Below the pieces are notes generated by a model. The model was given only the letters and a program-made list of their open reading frames with translations, had not been told where the DNA came from and did not search any database. Positions 49,695 to 57,424 of a stretch of 64,000 bases of DNA are shown here, piece after piece. How positions within the stretch are numbered: position 1 is the stretch's first letter; each line of letters opens with the position of its first letter. The stretch covers positions 2,720,001-2,784,000 of the forward strand of contig OZ245817.1 in assembly GCA_965228475.1 (NCBI GenBank), written 5' to 3'. Both the position numbers and the translations under genes were made by a program. Origin of the DNA: Myxococcota bacterium. Its GTDB lineage: Bacteria; Myxococcota_A; UBA9160; JAFDDA01.

Positions 49695-50717
49695 TTGGAA
49701 CCCGTCGCCCGGCCGACCGTCAGCATCGTCACCTCGCTCTACAACAAGGCCAGCTACATCGCCGCAGCGGCCAAGAGCGTCCTGGCCCAGGACTTCGATT
49801 CCTTCGAGTGGGTGATCGTCGACGACGGTTCGACGGACGGCTCCGCAGATCGCCTGCCCGACGACCCGCGCATCCGCGTGATCCGCCAGGAGAACGCCGG
49901 CATGGCCGCGGCCGTGAACCGCGCCGTTGCCGAGGCCCGCGGCGAGTTCGTGACCTTCCTCGACGCCGACGACGCCCTCCTGCCCGGGAAGCTCTCGAAG
50001 CAGGTGGCGATCGCCCGGGCCCATCCCGACGCCGACTGGGTGCTCTCGGGCTTCCAGAGCCGCTCCGCCGACGGCGTTCGCACCCGCCTTCCGCTCGGCG
50101 ACGACGTCCCGGCCGGAACCGTGCGCGCCTTCGACGACGCCCACGTCGCCCTCGAGCTCGGCGGCCAGCGGCTCGATGCGCTCCTGCTCCGCCGCGAGGA
50201 CTTCGACGTCGTCGGCGGCCTGATCCACGAGGCCACCCCCTTCGACCACGCCCACTTCTTCGCCCGCCTCTTCCTCGCCCGCCCGCACTGCGTCGTGCAC
50301 CAGGGGGCGGTGAGTCTCTACGACCTCGAGGTTCCGGGAAGCCTCTACAAGCAGGCCATGAAGCGGGTCGAGGGCTGCCGGATGATCTCCGAGCTTCACC
50401 GCGCGCTCGCTCGCCGGTACCCCCACCACCGACGGTCCCTCCTGCGCCAGGCCGAGCGGAGCTTCTGCCAGTACGCGCGCGGCATGGCCCTGAACGGGCA
50501 TCGTGCGACCGCGCTGCTCGAACTCGGCCTGCGTTACCGGGGCGTGCGTCGGGCGCCGTTCCTCGCGGCCCTCGGACGGGTCCTGACGCCGGAGCTTCTC
50601 GCCGATGCGCTGAAGGCTTCGATGACCCTCCTCCGGGGCCTCTCGGTGGGCGAGCCGGCAGCCGCCCGCCCGATCCCGGCGACGGCGGCCGCGGCGCCCG
50701 CGCAGCTCGGCGCCTAG
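49695..50717 (+). CDS. Glycosyltransferase family 2
   Basis: SLYNKA, VDDGSTD, QENAG and FLDADD motifs; GGAGG SD before TTG. Confidence 0.9.
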   Translation: MEPVARPTVSIVTSLYNKASYIAAAAKSVLAQDFDSFEWVIVDDGSTDGSADRLPDDPRIRVIRQENAGMAAAVNRAVAEARGEFVTFLDADDALLPGKLSKQVAIARAHPDADWVLSGFQSRSADGVRTRLPLGDDVPAGTVRAFDDAHVALELGGQRLDALLLRREDFDVVGGLIHEATPFDHAHFFARLFLARPHCVVHQGAVSLYDLEVPGSLYKQAMKRVEGCRMISELHRALARRYPHHRRSLLRQAERSFCQYARGMALNGHRATALLELGLRYRGVRRAPFLAALGRVLTPELLADALKASMTLLRGLSVGEPAAARPIPATAAAAPAQLGA

Positions 50718-50778
50718 CGCGCCCGCTTCGGGCCCGGCCCGCCGGAGTTCGTGTCGCCGGGCCTTCGCGCCGGCCCGC

Positions 50779-50784
50779 TAAGCT
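50779..50784 (+). promoter_or_regulatory. -10 box TAAGCT, 6 nt before ATG 50791
   Basis: TANNNT at leaderless spacing. Confidence 0.55.
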
Positions 50785-50790
50785 CCCGCC

Positions 50791-51852
50791 ATGGCGAACG
50801 ACCCCTCGCGAGACGCGGCCCTCGCGCGCGCCGAGACCCTCCCGGCCTCCGCCTACCGCGACGCCTCCGCCTTCGAGGCGGAGCGGCGCGAGGTCTTCGG
50901 CCGCTCCTGGCTACTCGCCGCCCACGCGGACGAGCTCGCGGAGCCCGGCGCCACCGTTGCGGAGCGCCTGGCCGGCTGGCCGATCTTCCTCCGGCGCGGA
51001 CGGGACGGCGTGCTGCGAGGCTTCCACGACGTCTGCCGCCACCGCGCCGGCCCGATCGTCGGCATGCCCGAAGGGGACGTCGCGAAGACCTGCACCGTCC
51101 CGAAGCTCCGCTGCCGGTACCACGGCTGGATCTACGGCGAGGACGGCGGGCTCGAGCGCACGCCGGACTTCGGCGCGGCCGAGGACTTCGAGCCGAGTGC
51201 GCTCGCCCTGGCCCCGCTCCGCGTCGCCTGCTGGCGCGGCTTCGTCTTCGTCTCCTTCGACGCGGAGGGCCCCGAACTCGCCGAATCGCTCGGGCGGCTC
51301 CCCGAGCTCACGGAGCGGCTCGACCTCGAGCGCTTCCGGTTCCACTCGCGCAGCGCGCACCGGCTCGCGTGCAACTGGAAGACCTACGTCGAGAACTACC
51401 TCGAGGGCTATCACATCCCCTACGTCCACCCGCGCCTGCACCGCGAGATCGACGTGAAGGGGTACGAGATCGAGGCGGGGCGAAGCGTCGTCACCCACCA
51501 TGCGCCGGCGCGCGCGCGCGTCGCGGAACCCGTCTACGACGGCCTCTGGGCGTGGCTCTTCCCGAACGTCGCCTTCAACGTCTACGGGGAGGGGCTCTCG
51601 GTCGAACGCATGGTGCCCGTCTCACCGAGCGAGATGCGCATCGAGTACCTCTTCCTGTTCGCCGACGGGGCCGACCCGGAGGCGGCCCTCGCCATGTGCG
51701 CCGAGGTCACGGACGAAGACCGCCGAATCTGCGAAGCCGTCCAGCGGAACCTCGAGGCCGGGGTCTACGACCGGGGACGTCTCTCGCCCCGCCACGAGGC
51801 GGGCGTCTTCTACTTCCAGTCCCGGTTGCGCGAAGCGCTCGCCCGCGACTGA
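50791..51852 (+). CDS. Rieske non-heme iron oxygenase alpha subunit (choline monooxygenase-like)
   Basis: CRHR...CRYHGW Rieske motif; NWK..ENYLEGYHIPYVH. Confidence 0.9.
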   Translation: MANDPSRDAALARAETLPASAYRDASAFEAERREVFGRSWLLAAHADELAEPGATVAERLAGWPIFLRRGRDGVLRGFHDVCRHRAGPIVGMPEGDVAKTCTVPKLRCRYHGWIYGEDGGLERTPDFGAAEDFEPSALALAPLRVACWRGFVFVSFDAEGPELAESLGRLPELTERLDLERFRFHSRSAHRLACNWKTYVENYLEGYHIPYVHPRLHREIDVKGYEIEAGRSVVTHHAPARARVAEPVYDGLWAWLFPNVAFNVYGEGLSVERMVPVSPSEMRIEYLFLFADGADPEAALAMCAEVTDEDRRICEAVQRNLEAGVYDRGRLSPRHEAGVFYFQSRLREALARD

Positions 51853-51903
51853 GGGCGAACGCGCCGGGCCCGCCCGCCGAGCCCGTGCGCCCGCCGGTTC
51901 GGC

Positions 51904-51909
51904 TACCGT
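51904..51909 (+). promoter_or_regulatory. -10 box TACCGT, 7 nt before GTG 51917
   Basis: TANNNT at leaderless spacing. Confidence 0.5.
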
Positions 51910-51916
51910 CCGGGCC

Positions 51917-52711
51917 GTGACCGAACCCACCGACTTCCGAGAACGCTTCGGGCCCTGGGCCGTCGTGACCGGCGCCGCCCAGGGCGTGGGGCTCGCCTAC
52001 GCCGAGGAGGCGCTCACGCGGGGGCTTCGCGTCCTGCTCGTCGACCGCGACCCGAAGGTCGAAGACGTCGCCCACGGTCTCGGTGCCGAAGCCCGCGCCC
52101 TCGTCGCGGACCTCGCGGATCCGGCCTGGATCGATCGGCTGGCCGAAGCCACCGCCGGGCTCGAGGTCGGCCTGGCCGTCGCGAACGCGGGCGTGAGCTT
52201 CGTCGGACGCTTTCTCGACATGCCGGCGGCCCGCCGCGACGCGATCCTGCGCGTGAACTGCGACGCCACCGTGCACATGGCCGAGTGGGCGCTCCCGCCC
52301 ATGGTGGCGCGCGGGCGGGGCGCCTTCATCGTGACGAGTTCGGGGTCCGCCCTCGCCGGCACCGCGGGCGTCGCCCTCTACAGCGCGACCAAGGCCTTCG
52401 TCTTGAATCTGGCGGAAGCCCTCGGGTACGAACTCCGGGAGACCGGGGTCGTCACCCAGGCGGTCGTCGCGCCGAGCATGAGTACGCCCGCCTTCGGCGA
52501 AAGCGGCGCGGACCCCGAGCGCATGGTGACGCCGGCCGTCGACCCGCGCGACGTGGTCCGCGGCGCCCTCGACGCCCTGGGCGAGGGCACCTGCTGGCTC
52601 GCCGACCCCGGGCTCGAGTTCATGGCCGGCCTCGACCGGCGGAAGTCCGCCGATCTGATTTCCGCTGCAACGATGGGGATGTACCCGAAGGTCTTCGAGC
52701 AGGACTCGTAG
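51917..52711 (+). CDS. Short-chain dehydrogenase/reductase
   Basis: GPWAVVTGAAQGVG, NAG and YSATK motifs. Confidence 0.9.
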   Translation: MTEPTDFRERFGPWAVVTGAAQGVGLAYAEEALTRGLRVLLVDRDPKVEDVAHGLGAEARALVADLADPAWIDRLAEATAGLEVGLAVANAGVSFVGRFLDMPAARRDAILRVNCDATVHMAEWALPPMVARGRGAFIVTSSGSALAGTAGVALYSATKAFVLNLAEALGYELRETGVVTQAVVAPSMSTPAFGESGADPERMVTPAVDPRDVVRGALDALGEGTCWLADPGLEFMAGLDRRKSADLISAATMGMYPKVFEQDS

Positions 52712-52729
52712 GGCCCACGGCCCCGGCCT

Positions 52730-52781
52730 TCAGCGCCGCCGCGGCCCTCAGCGCCGCCGCGGCCCTCAGCGCCGCCGCGGC
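52730..52781. repeat. 18-bp tandem repeat TCAGCGCCGCCGCGGCCC, about 3 copies
   Basis: Copies at 52730, 52748 and 52766; the last is the stop-codon end of the methyltransferase gene. Confidence 0.9.
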
Positions 52782-53815
52782 GCCAGGCACTGGTGGGTGA
52801 CGTACCACTCCCGGCCCTCGTCGAAGCCGAACAGCTCCGCACAGCCCATGAAGAAGAGCCGCCAGCGCCCGAGCCAGCGCCGCGCCTCCGGCCCGTAGGT
52901 CTCGCGGAAGACGGGCTCGAGGCGGGCCGCCGCCGCATCGAGACGGGCCAGCCAGGCGTTCGAGGTCTTCTCGTAGTGGCGCCCGTCGACGGACCAGCGC
53001 TCCTCGACGGCGAGGTGCTCGTCGAACCGCGAGAGCAGATCCTCGGAGGGCATCATCCCGCCGGTGAAGAAGTGCCGGGCCATCCAGTCGCTCTCGTCGC
53101 GAATCTCGTAGGGATAGGCCGAGCGCGCGTGACAGAAGTGGTGGACGAAGAGCCGCCCCTCGGGCTCGAGCCAGCCGGCGATGCGCTCGAGCAGGCGCGG
53201 CCAGTTCCGCATGTGCTCGAACATCTCGACCGAGACGATGCGGTCGAAGACGCCCGCGCCCCCGAACGTGTTCATGTCCGCAGTCAGGACCTCGACCTCG
53301 ACGCCCCGGCGCGCCGCCTCCTCGAGGATGTGCTCGCGCTGCGGCTTCGAGTTCGAGACCGCCGTGACGCGGCAGCCGGGCATCTTCTCGGCGCAATAGA
53401 GCGAGAAGGAGCCCCAGCCGCAGCCGAGGTCGAGCACCCGCATGCCGTCGGCGACGCCGGCGCGCTCGAGCGTGCGCGCGAGCATGGCTTCCTCGGCGGC
53501 CGCGAGATCGCCCTGCCCCGGCTCGAACCAGGAGCCGCTGTACTTCAGGCGCGGTCCGAGCACCTCGCGGAAGAAGGCCGGCGGCACCTCGTAGTGCTGG
53601 GCGTTGGCGTGGTCGGGCACGAGCGCGATCGGGCTCGCCGGGAGCGTCGCGACGAAGCGGTCCGTCTCGGCCGCGCCCTCGCGGGCCGCCCGCTCGGCGC
53701 GGCCGGCCACCATGTGGCGAACGCCGGCGCGCAGGGCCGCGTCCGGCAGCCAGCCGTGCTCGGCGGCGTGGATCAGGGAAGGAAGCAGCGGTCGGACGAG
53801 GCGGTCTGCGATCAC
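52766..53815 (-). CDS. CFA-synthase/CNMT-like SAM-dependent methyltransferase
   Basis: ANAQHYEVP, LDLGCGWG, SVEMFEHMRN and FFTGG.MPS motifs. Confidence 0.88.
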   Translation of the reverse strand: MIADRLVRPLLPSLIHAAEHGWLPDAALRAGVRHMVAGRAERAAREGAAETDRFVATLPASPIALVPDHANAQHYEVPPAFFREVLGPRLKYSGSWFEPGQGDLAAAEEAMLARTLERAGVADGMRVLDLGCGWGSFSLYCAEKMPGCRVTAVSNSKPQREHILEEAARRGVEVEVLTADMNTFGGAGVFDRIVSVEMFEHMRNWPRLLERIAGWLEPEGRLFVHHFCHARSAYPYEIRDESDWMARHFFTGGMMPSEDLLSRFDEHLAVEERWSVDGRHYEKTSNAWLARLDAAAARLEPVFRETYGPEARRWLGRWRLFFMGCAELFGFDEGREWYVTHQCLAPRRR

Positions 53816-53865
53816 GGAGAACCCTCCGCTCCGTAGCAAAGCCCGTGCTGGCGGATTGGCAAGCG

Positions 53866-54195
53866 CTAGGCCGCTTCGAAGAAGCGGCGCAGGAGCGCGG
53901 TCAGCTCCTCGTCGGTCCCGTAGACCTCTTCGACGCGCTCGCTGTGGACCAGGGCGTTCACCGTCCGTTTGAGGAGCTTCTTCAGGGAGTTCGCCTCGAT
54001 GGCGGCGGCGGTGAGCTCGGCCACCAGGGCGGCGATGTTGCCGTCCTCGACCTCGATGATCTCCTTGGCCCGAAGCGCCTGGACCGCCTCGTCGAGGGCC
54101 GCGGAGACCGTCTTCTCGAACTCCGTCGGCTCCTGGGGCTCCTCCTCCGGCAGCCCCAGCAGGGCCTTCAGCGGGAACTCGGAATCTTCGCTCAA
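53866..54195 (-). CDS. Small acidic hypothetical protein
   Basis: Helical, protein-like sequence from TTG 54195; G-rich SD. Confidence 0.65.
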   Translation of the reverse strand: MSEDSEFPLKALLGLPEEEPQEPTEFEKTVSAALDEAVQALRAKEIIEVEDGNIAALVAELTAAAIEANSLKKLLKRTVNALVHSERVEEVYGTDEELTALLRRFFEAA

Positions 54196-54265
54196 CGGAT
54201 CACCCCCTCGGCCACCACAGTAGGTGCATCCCGCCCCTGGAGCCAGCTTTCCCCGGCGAAGCGCT

Positions 54266-54880
54266 TCAGTGGGCCGCCGGCGCGGGCTCGAGCATCGACT
54301 CGAGGAACGCCCGGGTCTCGGCCGCGTCCCAGGGCACGGGGCCGCCGCCGTAGGCGACGATCCGCCCGGCGGCGTCGGCCACGAAGGCCGCCGGAATCCC
54401 GGTGATGCCGAGCGCCTGGAAGTTCGCCTTCTGCGAATCGAGGTACGGGCGGAGGTGGTGGAGCCCTCGGCCCGCGAGGTAGCGAGCCGGCACCTCGATG
54501 CCGCCGTCGTCGATCGAGAGCGCGACGACGGGCATGCGGCCCGCGAAGGCCGCCGCGAGACGGTCGAGCTTCGGCATCTCCTTCGCGCAGACGCCGCACC
54601 AGGTCGCCCAGAGCACGACCAGGACCGGCCGCCCCTGGAACTCGACGAGCCCCCGCTCGAGCACCGTCCCGTCGTCCTGGAGCTCTTCGAGGACGTAGCT
54701 CGGCAGCTCGGCGCCGGGCGGCACCGCGCGCAGCGGTTTCGGGGCGCGCGCGGAACCGGCGAAGCTCGCCGCGGCGAGGAAGCCGCCCACCACGACGAGG
54801 AGCGTGGCACTGCGGCGCCAGGGGAAGCGCTGGCGCGTGGGCGGGGGATCCGGCCTGGCGGTCGAGTGAGCGGAAGTCAT
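54266..54880 (-). CDS. TlpA/ResA-family thiol-disulfide oxidoreductase
   Basis: N-terminal anchor; WATWCGVC..EMP and GIP motifs. Confidence 0.9.
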   Translation of the reverse strand: MTSAHSTARPDPPPTRQRFPWRRSATLLVVVGGFLAAASFAGSARAPKPLRAVPPGAELPSYVLEELQDDGTVLERGLVEFQGRPVLVVLWATWCGVCAKEMPKLDRLAAAFAGRMPVVALSIDDGGIEVPARYLAGRGLHHLRPYLDSQKANFQALGITGIPAAFVADAAGRIVAYGGGPVPWDAAETRAFLESMLEPAPAAH

Positions 54881-54935
54881 GGACCGCCAGAGCCTACTGA
54901 AACCCTGCGCGCGGATCGAAAGCGGGCGGAGCGGG

Positions 54936-55745
54936 TCAGCCCCGGCCCGCGCCCTTCCCGCCGAGGGCCCCCTCGACGAAGGCGTGGCTCGTCAGCGCTT
55001 CGGCGAAGAACCCGTGGCTCCCGGCGTCGAGCAGCTCGCGCCCGGCGGCGACGACCGCCGCCTGGGCCGCCTTCGCGATCGCGCCGCCCGTGGAGATCCG
55101 CGTCACCCCGGCTTCGAAGAGCTCCGCGATCGACGGCCCGCCCGGCAGGATCAGGCCGTTCAACGGGAGGTCCACGGCGGCTCGGACGGAACGGAAGTCG
55201 TCGAGGCTCCGCAGCCCGGGCGCGTAGAGGACGTCGGCGCCCGCCTCCTGGTAGGCCTCGAGGCGCGCGATCGTGTCGGCCAGGTCCGGGTTGCCGCGGA
55301 TGTGGTTCTCGGCGCGCGCCGTCAGCACGAGCGGCGCGGCGTGCGCACGGTTCACCTCGACCGCCGCCCGGATGTGCTCGGCGGCGCGCTCGGGCTCGTA
55401 GAGTTCGCTGCCGCTCCAGTCTTCGATCGAGCATCCGGCGAGCCCGGTCTCGAGCGCGGCGCGGAGGGTCTCCGCCGCATCCTTGGCCTCGTCCCCGAAG
55501 CCGTGCTCGAGGTCCGCACTCACCGGGAGCGGCGTCGCGCCGACGATCTCCTCGGCGTGGCCGAGCGCCTCCTCCCGTGTCATGTCTCCGTCGAGCCGCC
55601 CGAGCGCGTTGGCGTAGCCGGAGCTCGTCGTCGCGAGCGCCGGGAAGCCGAGCGCGGCCAGGATCTTCGCGGAGCCGCGATCCCAGGGGTTCGGCATGAT
55701 GAAGGGGGCTTCGTGAAGGGCGCGGAAGACGTCTCGGGATTCCAT
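54936..55745 (-). CDS. Isocitrate lyase/PEP-mutase superfamily protein
   Basis: PNPWD, ATTSSG, SADLEHGFG, SIED, ARAE and AGADVLYAPG motifs. Confidence 0.9.
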   Translation of the reverse strand: MESRDVFRALHEAPFIMPNPWDRGSAKILAALGFPALATTSSGYANALGRLDGDMTREEALGHAEEIVGATPLPVSADLEHGFGDEAKDAAETLRAALETGLAGCSIEDWSGSELYEPERAAEHIRAAVEVNRAHAAPLVLTARAENHIRGNPDLADTIARLEAYQEAGADVLYAPGLRSLDDFRSVRAAVDLPLNGLILPGGPSIAELFEAGVTRISTGGAIAKAAQAAVVAAGRELLDAGSHGFFAEALTSHAFVEGALGGKGAGRG

Positions 55746-55867
55746 GGCGGGCTCTCCGGGGCACGGTGTGGGAACGGAGCGGAGAGTCGCGCAGAATCGA
55801 TCGCGCGACTGGCTCCAATCGGACGTGGATCTCGCGGGCCAATCGTGGAGCCGTCGGCTCGCGGCGG

Positions 55868-56551
55868 CTACATGACCTCGTGCTTGCGAAAGGCGTCGAC
55901 CACGCTGCCGCCCGCCTCGATCTCCTCGCGCACCTTCTCCTCCCGGCGCGCCTTCGCGAGCGCGCGCTGGAGGATCTCCTCCTCCGCCTCGTGGGGAATG
56001 ATGCAGACGCCGTCGTCGTCGCCGAAGACGAGGTCGCCGGGCCGCACGCGCACGCCCCCCACCCGGATCGAGCAGCGGAAGTCGACCACGTTGTGGCGGC
56101 CCTGGAGGCCGTAGGCGTAGGCGCCCCGCGCGAAGACCGGGATGTCGACGGCCCGGATGCCGCGGACGTCGCGGACGTTGGCGTTCAGCACGATCCCCGC
56201 CGCGCCGCGCTTCGCGATGCGCAGGGTCAGCATGTCGCCGAGGCGCGCCGCGTAGGTCGGGCAACCCGTCGCGATGTAGACCTCCCCCGGCGCGAGGTCC
56301 TCGATCGACTCGAACATCAGTCCGAAGGGCTTGGCATCGAAGCGGCCGGGGGCGCCGTGGGGCAAGGGCGGATCGTCCTGCACGGGCATGGCGCGGCCGA
56401 TCATCACACGGCCGCCGGTGAGGGTTCCGATCTCGTGGGGCAGCATCGGCTTGCGGAAGCCGAGCTGTTCCATGACGTCGCTCACCGGGCAGGTCGAGAG
56501 CTCGGCCCGCATGAGCGCGAAGAGCTCCTCGTCCGTCTTCGGGTGGGTCAC
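55868..56551 (-). CDS. RraA/HMG-aldolase family protein
   Basis: SDVM, GRAMP, LGDML, VRD and V.PGDLVFGDDDGV motifs. Confidence 0.88.
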   Translation of the reverse strand: MTHPKTDEELFALMRAELSTCPVSDVMEQLGFRKPMLPHEIGTLTGGRVMIGRAMPVQDDPPLPHGAPGRFDAKPFGLMFESIEDLAPGEVYIATGCPTYAARLGDMLTLRIAKRGAAGIVLNANVRDVRGIRAVDIPVFARGAYAYGLQGRHNVVDFRCSIRVGGVRVRPGDLVFGDDDGVCIIPHEAEEEILQRALAKARREEKVREEIEAGGSVVDAFRKHEVM

Positions 56552-56554
56552 GCG

Positions 56555-57424
56555 CTAGGCCGCCGGCGTCATGCGCAGCGGCTTGCGCACGCGGTTGTGG
56601 CCGTGGCGATCCTCGCCGGCCACGAGCACCGAGGCGTAGCGGTCGAGATCGAGCTCCTCGCCGAAGTGCTGAAAGGAATCCCGCCCGGGATACACCTGCA
56701 CCTCCGCGGGCACGAAGCGCGTCGCCCAGCCGAAGCGGACCGAGGACTTGCTCGTGTTCGGATGGGAGCCGTGCAGGCAGCGCGACGTGAAGACGAAGAA
56801 CTGCCCGGCCTTCACCTCCATGTGGACCGTGCCGTCCTCGTCCGCCTCCCAGTTCGGATCGAGCTTCAGGCGGTCCCAGTCGTAGCCGTAGAAGCCGACG
56901 CCGGCGTCGGGCTCGAAGGGGATGTTGCGCTTCTCGTCGAAGTACCACGTGCGGTGCGTGCCGGGCTTCAGTTTGAAGCAGCCGTTCTCGCGCGTGGCGT
57001 CCGTCATCGCGATCCAGGCCGTGAGTTCCCAGGGCTCCGCGCGCCCGGGGGGCGGCACGAGCTTCTCGGTGCCCTCGAACTCGACGAAGCTCTGGGCCTG
57101 GTGCCAGTCCGTGCCGGCGTTGCCCGGGTACTTCGGGAACCACTCGGTGCGCCAGCACAGGACGTCGGGGCCGAGGATGCTCGTCAGCCGGTCCACCAGG
57201 CGCGGGTGGCTGATCATCTCGTCGAGGGCCGGGACGTCGAGATGACGGTCGTAGTTCAGCCGGCTCTTCGGGAACGGCGCGTCGTCCTTGCGCAGAAGGT
57301 CGACCCGGAGCCGGGACCAGATCCGCTTCATCTCCTCCGGCTCGTAGAGGGTGAAGGGGCCGGCGAAGCCGTTCGCGTGGAAGGCCTCCTTCTCGGCGTC
57401 GGAAAGGTGGAATCGCTCACTCAT
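56555..57424 (-). CDS. SyrB2/BarB-type carrier-protein-dependent Fe(II)/2OG halogenase
   Basis: NYDRHLD, CWRTEWFPKYPG and GTDWHQA (HxA replaces HxD/E); KAGQF and LHGS motifs; collinear with SyrB2 as I recall it. Confidence 0.92.
   Translation of the reverse strand: MSERFHLSDAEKEAFHANGFAGPFTLYEPEEMKRIWSRLRVDLLRKDDAPFPKSRLNYDRHLDVPALDEMISHPRLVDRLTSILGPDVLCWRTEWFPKYPGNAGTDWHQAQSFVEFEGTEKLVPPPGRAEPWELTAWIAMTDATRENGCFKLKPGTHRTWYFDEKRNIPFEPDAGVGFYGYDWDRLKLDPNWEADEDGTVHMEVKAGQFFVFTSRCLHGSHPNTSKSSVRFGWATRFVPAEVQVYPGRDSFQHFGEELDLDRYASVLVAGEDRHGHNRVRKPLRMTPAA

Noticed and set aside
52766..53815. CFA-like methyltransferase as the cyclopropane-forming partner of the halogenase
   Set aside because: Cryptic-chlorination cyclases such as CmaC are unrelated folds; the gene is separated from the operon by TlpA and a hypothetical gene.
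54936..55745. PEP mutase implying a phosphonate cluster
   Set aside because: Lacks the EDKxxxxxNS PepM motif (has SIEDWSG); no phosphonopyruvate decarboxylase nearby.
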